Shown here piece by piece: positions 57,616 through 64,000 of a DNA stretch of 64,000 bases. Source of the stretch: Octopus sinensis (lineage: Eukaryota); contig NC_042997.1 in assembly GCF_006345805.1 (NCBI RefSeq), positions 4,712,001 through 4,776,000 on the forward strand, given 5' to 3'. The stretch's first letter is position 1. The number at the start of each line of letters is the position of its first letter. The translations under genes and the position numbers were made by a program. A model generated the notes under the pieces. It made no database searches. It was not told where the DNA came from and was given only the letters and a program-made list of their open reading frames with translations.

Positions 57616-57720
57616 GTCTTAGGGCGTCTTTCATTAGCTGATGATACAACCTTTAACAAGCTTAAGCCTCAATGAATATTTCGTTAGCTGATTGCACACA
57701 CTACCACTACCACGCCGTTT

Positions 57721-57909
57721 CTATTCACGCGTTGCAGTTATCTCTTGATATAGGTTGGTGAGCCTGACTGTTGATCTAGGATTCCACCGCAATTTATCAA
57801 CATAAGGCGCAGCGATGGCACTGCTGAGCTCTTCAGCTGCCTTTTCATAATCCGCCTTGCTCCAGTTCCCTGATTTCACCGTATCCGTGGCGGAATGGCT
57901 GAACGAGCA
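57721..57909 (-). other. Unidentified coding-like segment (62 codons, no ATG), paralogous to 57448-57615
   Basis: CSFSHSATDTVKSGNWSKADYEKAAEELSSAIAAPYVDKLRWNPRSTVRLTNLYQEITATRE*. Confidence 0.5.
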
Positions 57910-59029
57910 CTATCCTTTGCCAAAGGGCAGTCCGTAACTATACAGAGAACGGTCTCCGCTCCAAGCTATATTTTTGAAATACCAGCATACTGGATAAATT
58001 ATAAGGAAACATTTGTGAGGAAAATTTAGTATTGTGAAATGTACAATTGATTTCCAAAATCCTATATGAATATATATTTCTAATTTTACAGCCACTCATT
58101 AATCGTTATATAAAACTCCATAAATTTTGCGATGCTGATGCTGTCAGATATTTGAGAGCAGTCATTTTAAACAGCAATTGGCTTGAGAACTTAAGCAATT
58201 TGGCATTTGCTTAGAAGAAGAATGATGTCAATGACCTTAACACATCCTACGAAACTGGATATACATATTCCGTATATACCACACCAAGTCAAATATTCCT
58301 CCCATCAGCTTCAAATCTTTCATACACATCATATTCTCCACACACACAGAAACCAGAATCAATAAATGCATTCTCAATATTCCTCGTATACTCTGTATAT
58401 TTTTATCTTCACATAAACTAGCACGTTCATCAAAGTATGATCAATTTCAAAAATTTTAAAACAGCAAAACAAAAAGCAATTTTGAATTAAATTTTCAAGT
58501 ATTCACCACAAAGCTATTAACAGTTTGAATAAGGGGCTTTACTGAAAATCCTTATAAAGCCGTGGAACTTGTATATCTTTCAGAACAGCAAATGAAAAAT
58601 ACAAGTCCAATTACACAAAATCGTCCGTCAATCTGATTAAAACTTACTGAAAACCCCAGACAAAATAATCCACTCATTTTGAAATAAAATTCTGGATTGA
58701 ACAAGGAATACACAAATAAGAAACAAAATAAGCCATAGAAATGCAGATAGGTTGTAAATTTTGTGTCCAACATAAATTAGAAAACTAAGAGTAAAACACT
58801 AGATTATTTAGCTACACATAACAACAATGGCCACATATATGAAATCTTTCAATAACAACCTCAAATATATTAATCACATTATAACACGATGGCAACAACA
58901 TTTCCAAGTCATTCTCAAAATCGACCTCGGTGTAATTTGAACTCAGAACGTAGCTGAAGATGAAACACTTATTTCTTTACTATCTACAAGGGGCTAAACA
59001 CAGAAAGGACAAACAAGGACAAACAAGGA

Positions 59030-59211
59030 CAGGCAAACGGATTAAGTCGATTGTATCGACACCAGTGCGTATCTGGTACTTATTTAATCGACCCCGAAAG
59101 GATGAAAGGCAAAGTCGACCTCGGCGGAATTTGAACTTAGAACGTAATGGCAGGCGAAATATCGCTAGGCATTTCGCCCGCGTGCTAACGCTTCTGCAAG
59201 CTCGCCGCCTT
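59030..59211 (-). mobile_element. tRNA-derived SINE family 2, best copy
   Basis: Minus strand: aaggcggcgagcttgcagaagcgttagcacg...gttctaagttcaaattccgccgagg (B box), then the core ctttgcctttcatcctttcggggtcgattaaataagtaccag. A short related fragment lies at about 58918-58953. Confidence 0.85.
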
Positions 59212-59532
59212 TGATCAGAAAATATATTCAAATGCTTATGTTCATGGCATATAGATAAATGCAGAGTCTGGTGGGATTTGATGCCGATATACTAAGATGA
59301 AAAAAAGGACGCTCTACAGGATTTCCTGAGTAGAAAATAGAGTTCAGTAACACTTTCTTGTCCAAAAAGGTGTTTACTGCAGCAGTAATCCATAGAATGA
59401 TCTAAGAAATAAACAGCACATCTATAGTCCAGAGCTTGAGACGATTCAGTGAGTGACGCAATCCTGAATGTCTATGATTTTAGTAGAAACACTATTCCCG
59501 ATGTGTAAGCAATACCTCATTTGCCGTCTCAC

Positions 59533-59649
59533 TTGGCTTTGTACAACATCAATAACTGTAGGAAGGGATTGCAATTCTTGTTCTTGAAGAGCTCGCCTAA
59601 ACTTTGAGATGCAGCATTTCCCAAAGTGATGTCCTCGTAGATAGTGATT
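59533..59649 (-). other. Candidate internal exon of an unidentified gene (117 nt)
   Basis: ttttag acceptor and gtgaga donor. The length is a multiple of 3, two frames are open, and one frame (ITIYEDITLGNAASQSLGELFKNKNCNPFLQLLMLYKA) is rich in G/C third positions. Confidence 0.3.
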
Positions 59650-60155
59650 CTAAAATATTTAATGACTGCGAAATATCTAGCGAGGTGTTGACTATATTTG
59701 TTTCGTGACGTGATAAGATTTCATCATTGCTAGAAATTTCTGCTGTGGAAACAAGTTTTGTATATTAACCGTTGCACAATGTTTTAGCGGATCCCGTTCA
59801 ATGAAGCAGTGCAGGTAGTTTTTTTTTTCTGTCGAGTGTGCGTGACGGTTGTGCGTATCTACGGAAATTGGAAGAGGAATGATAATCCATATCATCTGTG
59901 TTAGAGTGTACATTCTCAAAAGTGACGGTAAAAAATTGTATGTTGTCGTAGGAACGTAGAGCAGAAAACCAACAACATAGTTGCACCTATGTTTGAGACT
60001 CAAACAGGAGAAACTAAATCACTCCTCCACGCGCATTACGATGACCAGTTTCATAGGAATCTAGAGATCAAAAATATGAGAGAGAGTGAATTAAGTGGAA
60101 GGATTTGTTTTACTGAAGTTTGTACTCACTGGGAGTGAAAACTGTGTCTCGAACT

Positions 60156-60262
60156 GAGGGTATATCTTCCGAAACGTTGTGTTAACAATAAACAAGATGA
60201 AGACAAATATCCGTCAAATGTAAATAAGGTACGTAATTCCTCATCTCTTAAATATAGAACTG
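60156..60262 (+). mobile_element. 5'-truncated copy of the short PLE-type element at 16676-16856
   Basis: gagggtatatcttccgaaacgttgtgttaac...ctcttaaatatagaactg. It lacks the CTGATGA half. Confidence 0.7.
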
Positions 60263-62244
60263 TATTACATTTCGGTGTTTAAATCTGATTTAAGTGAACT
60301 TTAAATACTCCATAAAGTATACTTCTACAACGTTAGAGATATTTACATAATTGGTGAAGATAAATATAATTATAATGCTGTATTTTACTGAGTTTCTTAT
60401 ACTTCTATATATATTTTATTCCTTCCAACTTTCGGAAACGTCATTAACAATCTCATGAATTTTGTAATACCATAATAATGCTAAACATCCCCGACACCAT
60501 TGCCGTCGTCACAATCACCATCATCATCATCATCATTATCATCAATTACAGCAAAGCCACATCATCAGTATCACCATACCTTCACATTTTATTTTGATTC
60601 ATTTCTAGCTATCTGCGAAATATCTCTACCATTATTATTTCCATTATTATTGGATTTAAGAATTATTAATGCATTCTAAATTAAAATGGATTGCCTTGAC
60701 ATCATAGTAAATGCTTCTGATATAATTATTGATATGAATGAGAGTTGGTTACGTCGCAATAGACATGTACTTTCGCAGACAACAATGAAATATATAGAAA
60801 ATATCATTAAAACTTGCAAACCAGAAAAAATTGAAAACAATAAAACTGTATATGTAGCAATGCTTGAATTTAGTCAAAGAATCAGTCATCTTACTTCTAC
60901 AACGGAAAGATGAATTCATATTCTCATCTAATTGCTTGTAATAACTTCAGAAAAACGGCGACAAGAAAAGAAAATAATGAAAGAATAACACATTAATATT
61001 GCCTCAACGTAACAGACATTTTTTTGGCTAATATATAGTCAGCAGAGGCAATTTCTTCCATGAAAATTAATTACAAGTTAATGTGTCATAGTTGTTTCAA
61101 AACTTAATTAATTTTCTCTTTGTTATATTTACAATAATACACGTAAAAATATTTTTCATCTTCGTGAATTTTACATTTTTATTTCAATTTTCCTCCAGTG
61201 TCTTTCTCTTATTTTTGTTTTAGCTATCTTAGATGTTTATTCATCATTTTCTCCCATTCAATGTAAATATAAAAGTAAGACAGGTATGAAATTTCTGATT
61301 GAAATATTTAAATTGTTTTATTGAAAGAAATTCTCCTCGTTCAACAGTCTAATTAAACTTCGCCACAAAACTGAATGTGTATGTTTTTGATGTAGTCACA
61401 TGAATTTTAGATGCGTGAGTATTTCTGAGAATTGAAAAAGTATTCATAACTTCAACTTTTATTACAAAAAATTGTTGACATTGACATGTCGCAGTTCACT
61501 CTTCTTGTTCTTCTTCGTTTCCGAGAACTACGTTAAAATTGTTTGAAACTTTACATCCAAAATATTTAGAAATATTATCAAGGTTAATCTTGTGTTGCAA
61601 TTAAAATGCATTACATTTGCGAGATTGAGAATCTTGCAAATTGTTAGCATATAAGTTACTGACAAATTGAATTAAGAACCGAATTCGAATGTAGTATTTC
61701 GTTTCATATTTTATTAATAGTGCTTAGAGAAAGCAAAAAAAATCTTTTCTAATAATCGACCAAGAATCTGAAATAATATGAATGGCCGATATGCGGATGA
61801 ATGTTGCAAAGAACAGCGGTTAAATATTTAAAGTAAACGTAAGTGCATTTAAACTTAAGCAAATAATAAATAAGAAAATATATACTTGTACAAAATGCTA
61901 AAACTGCAGTTGCCTTGTATTACAAAAATACCCAGACCGGTTAGTTTACATGCTTCCAAGAGCGAACAGTGATACCGTACGCCATAACAATAATATAAAT
62001 GTTCATGCCTTTTCTACACAGTTGTGACATTGTTCCTAGAAAAGTAAAATTTGAATATTTTTAATTGAGTTGTTGCTAATAAGTATAAAATGAAATTTAT
62101 CTACAACTGTCTAGTTTACACAGAAAATTTAACGGTTTAAAACATGCTCAGTATGTAATATCAATTTGAGGGAATAAAGCACCCTGCTGAGCTTTGCGGT
62201 TGGCATCAGGAGAGGCCATGGGCGAACCCGACGGTAGTAGATAT

Positions 62245-63270
62245 TGATACTTAAGGAGTTATGAGCTGGATGACATTCAACTCAGAGAAATTAATAACAA
62301 GCTCAGCGACGAGTATCAAAACAGTGTTAATGTGGTTATGAAATTGAACATGAATTCCAAAATTTTGATTAGTGAAATGAATATCTGTGCAATTGCGGAG
62401 GTTAGATATAGTGTCTCCATCCTCAAATGGACTAAGAAGGAAATATTAGCACTGAGTAGAAGGACAAGAATATTGATGACGCTGCATAAGGCGCTACACC
62501 ATACAGCAAACATAAACAGAACGTATATGCAAAGAAAGAATGGGGGCAAAAGACTAATTAGTATAGACCATTGTATAAGATATGTGAAATGAGAACGCTT
62601 ACCGAGTATTTGATAAATAGTGATGAAGAACTGTTGCAATATGTCGCGAAAGATATCGGTGCAAATGCAGATGTAATCATGGGCAAGGAAGAGTTTAACC
62701 AAAGAGCAGAGGAGAAGAGAAAAAAAGACCTTGAAATGAGAATGCACTGACAATTTGCAAGGAATACACATGACGTTGAATATAATACAGCAATGTGGGC
62801 ATGGCTTAAGTGAGGTGATTTGAAGAGTACCTCCGAAAACCTTATCATGAATGCACAAGTCCAGGCGCTCGCTACCAATTCAGTGAAGTATAACGTTTAT
62901 AAAACTAACTTCTGGTATCCAGAAATGCAGGCTCAGTAGAAAGTGTGTGGAAAATGTGACCAATCTGGTAAGTGGATGTGAGAGTCTTGCACAAAAAGAA
63001 TACAAGCGCCGCCACGATAAAATGTGTGTGTACCTTCAGTGGATCTTATGCCGGAAATACCGATATGAAGTAAGAAAGAATTGGTATGAGCATGTACCAA
63101 GTAAATGTATGCTGGAGGATGGAAAATTAACGATGCTCTGGGACTATGATTTTCTGACGGGCTGTGCAAAAGCAAAAGGAATTCTCCCTTTCTGTTGTCA
63201 ATTATAGTTGACGTATATCAAGATGTCAGCAAACAAATTTGGCATAAATACATAGAATTCATAGGGCAGA
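62245..63270 (+). mobile_element. Old, divergent R4-like RLE retrotransposon fragment (third family)
   Basis: YELDDIQ...EY...NMNSKILISEMNICAIAEVRYSVSILKWTKKE...RTYMQRKNGGKRLI and ENVTNLVSGCESLAQKEYKRRHDKMCVYLQWILCRKY...WYEHVP...MLWDY are colinear with copy 2. Confidence 0.85.
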
Positions 63271-64000
63271 CCATGCAAACCGGGCGATCTACGACTTGTA
63301 CAATCGCTCATCGCCTTCCAAATTTCTACGGCTTTCTTTCTCATGACCACATCTTATTCTTAAAATCAACTCATGCCTACAACTTATTCTTAAAAACAAC
63401 CAAATTCTTAAGATCCACTATTTCTCACTTCCAACTACTCTCCCTCCACAGTCTGAAAGTGTATTTAATATTACCCTACCCCTTTGAGAACAAACCAATA
63501 TACCTTTACTCCTCCAAAGCCACACCATCAATTCCCTACCTATCTATATATTTACCATAAACCCCCACCAACTCAATTCCTGTGTCCCACTAACATCTAC
63601 TTTTGACCATCTTTTGACCTTCCTCAGCTACTGAACTAGTCCACTCATTTCCCTTAAATAATAGCTATCCCCTTTTCACTCTCTCACCATTTATCTCTAT
63701 AGCATTCATACAAAGGACGTTTTTCATATACTACCCAAACCACGCTTCTCACTTCCTCCCACCTCGGCACTATCGCTAATCTCATTATTGACCCTGACAC
63801 CAAATTATTTTCTCCTCGTACTACATTCTGATAATTTTTTCTTCTCAAAATCATTCCATCTTTAAACTCAAATGTAACATTTCCCCCTGAAGACAAAGGC
63901 TGGAGTTATCCGATGATGGAATGAAGTTACGATCATTATTTTGTACTACAAAGAACTCACGATCTGCTGTTGGACTCGTAAATCTTCTGATATCGTTTCC

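Noticed and set aside
63300-63910. C-rich plus-strand stretch ending near ccccCTGAAGA, resembling a PLE remnant
   Set aside because: There are no convincing RT or GIY-YIG motifs and no downstream GAAAC.

Overview
AT-rich, microsatellite-rich eukaryotic (animal) DNA made almost entirely of decayed transposable elements. I found no intact protein-coding gene, rRNA, true tRNA gene or CRISPR array. The tRNA-derived SINE families look like those I recall from octopus genomes (inference, not checked). Content: an internally deleted piggyBac interrupted by two Helitrons; further Helitrons, one with a RepHel remnant; two tandem R4/Dong-clade (RLE) non-LTR retrotransposons joined by a (TAA)n tract, plus other R4-like fragments in TAA arrays; several Penelope-like elements (PLEs), one nearly full length, embedded in (TA)n; Tx1/L1-like ORF1 remnants with no ORF2; a Gypsy gag remnant; and two SINE families. 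Most notable are (i) minimal type I hammerhead-ribozyme folds at PLE-type 3' ends, including two families with a compensatory U3:A8 core, (ii) microsatellites acting as landing pads for nested insertions, (iii) a 278-bp near-perfect fold-back, and (iv) an unexplained convergent pair of diverged coding-like segments at 57.4-57.9 kb. All alignments and folds were done by eye, so boundaries without a clear terminal motif are approximate.
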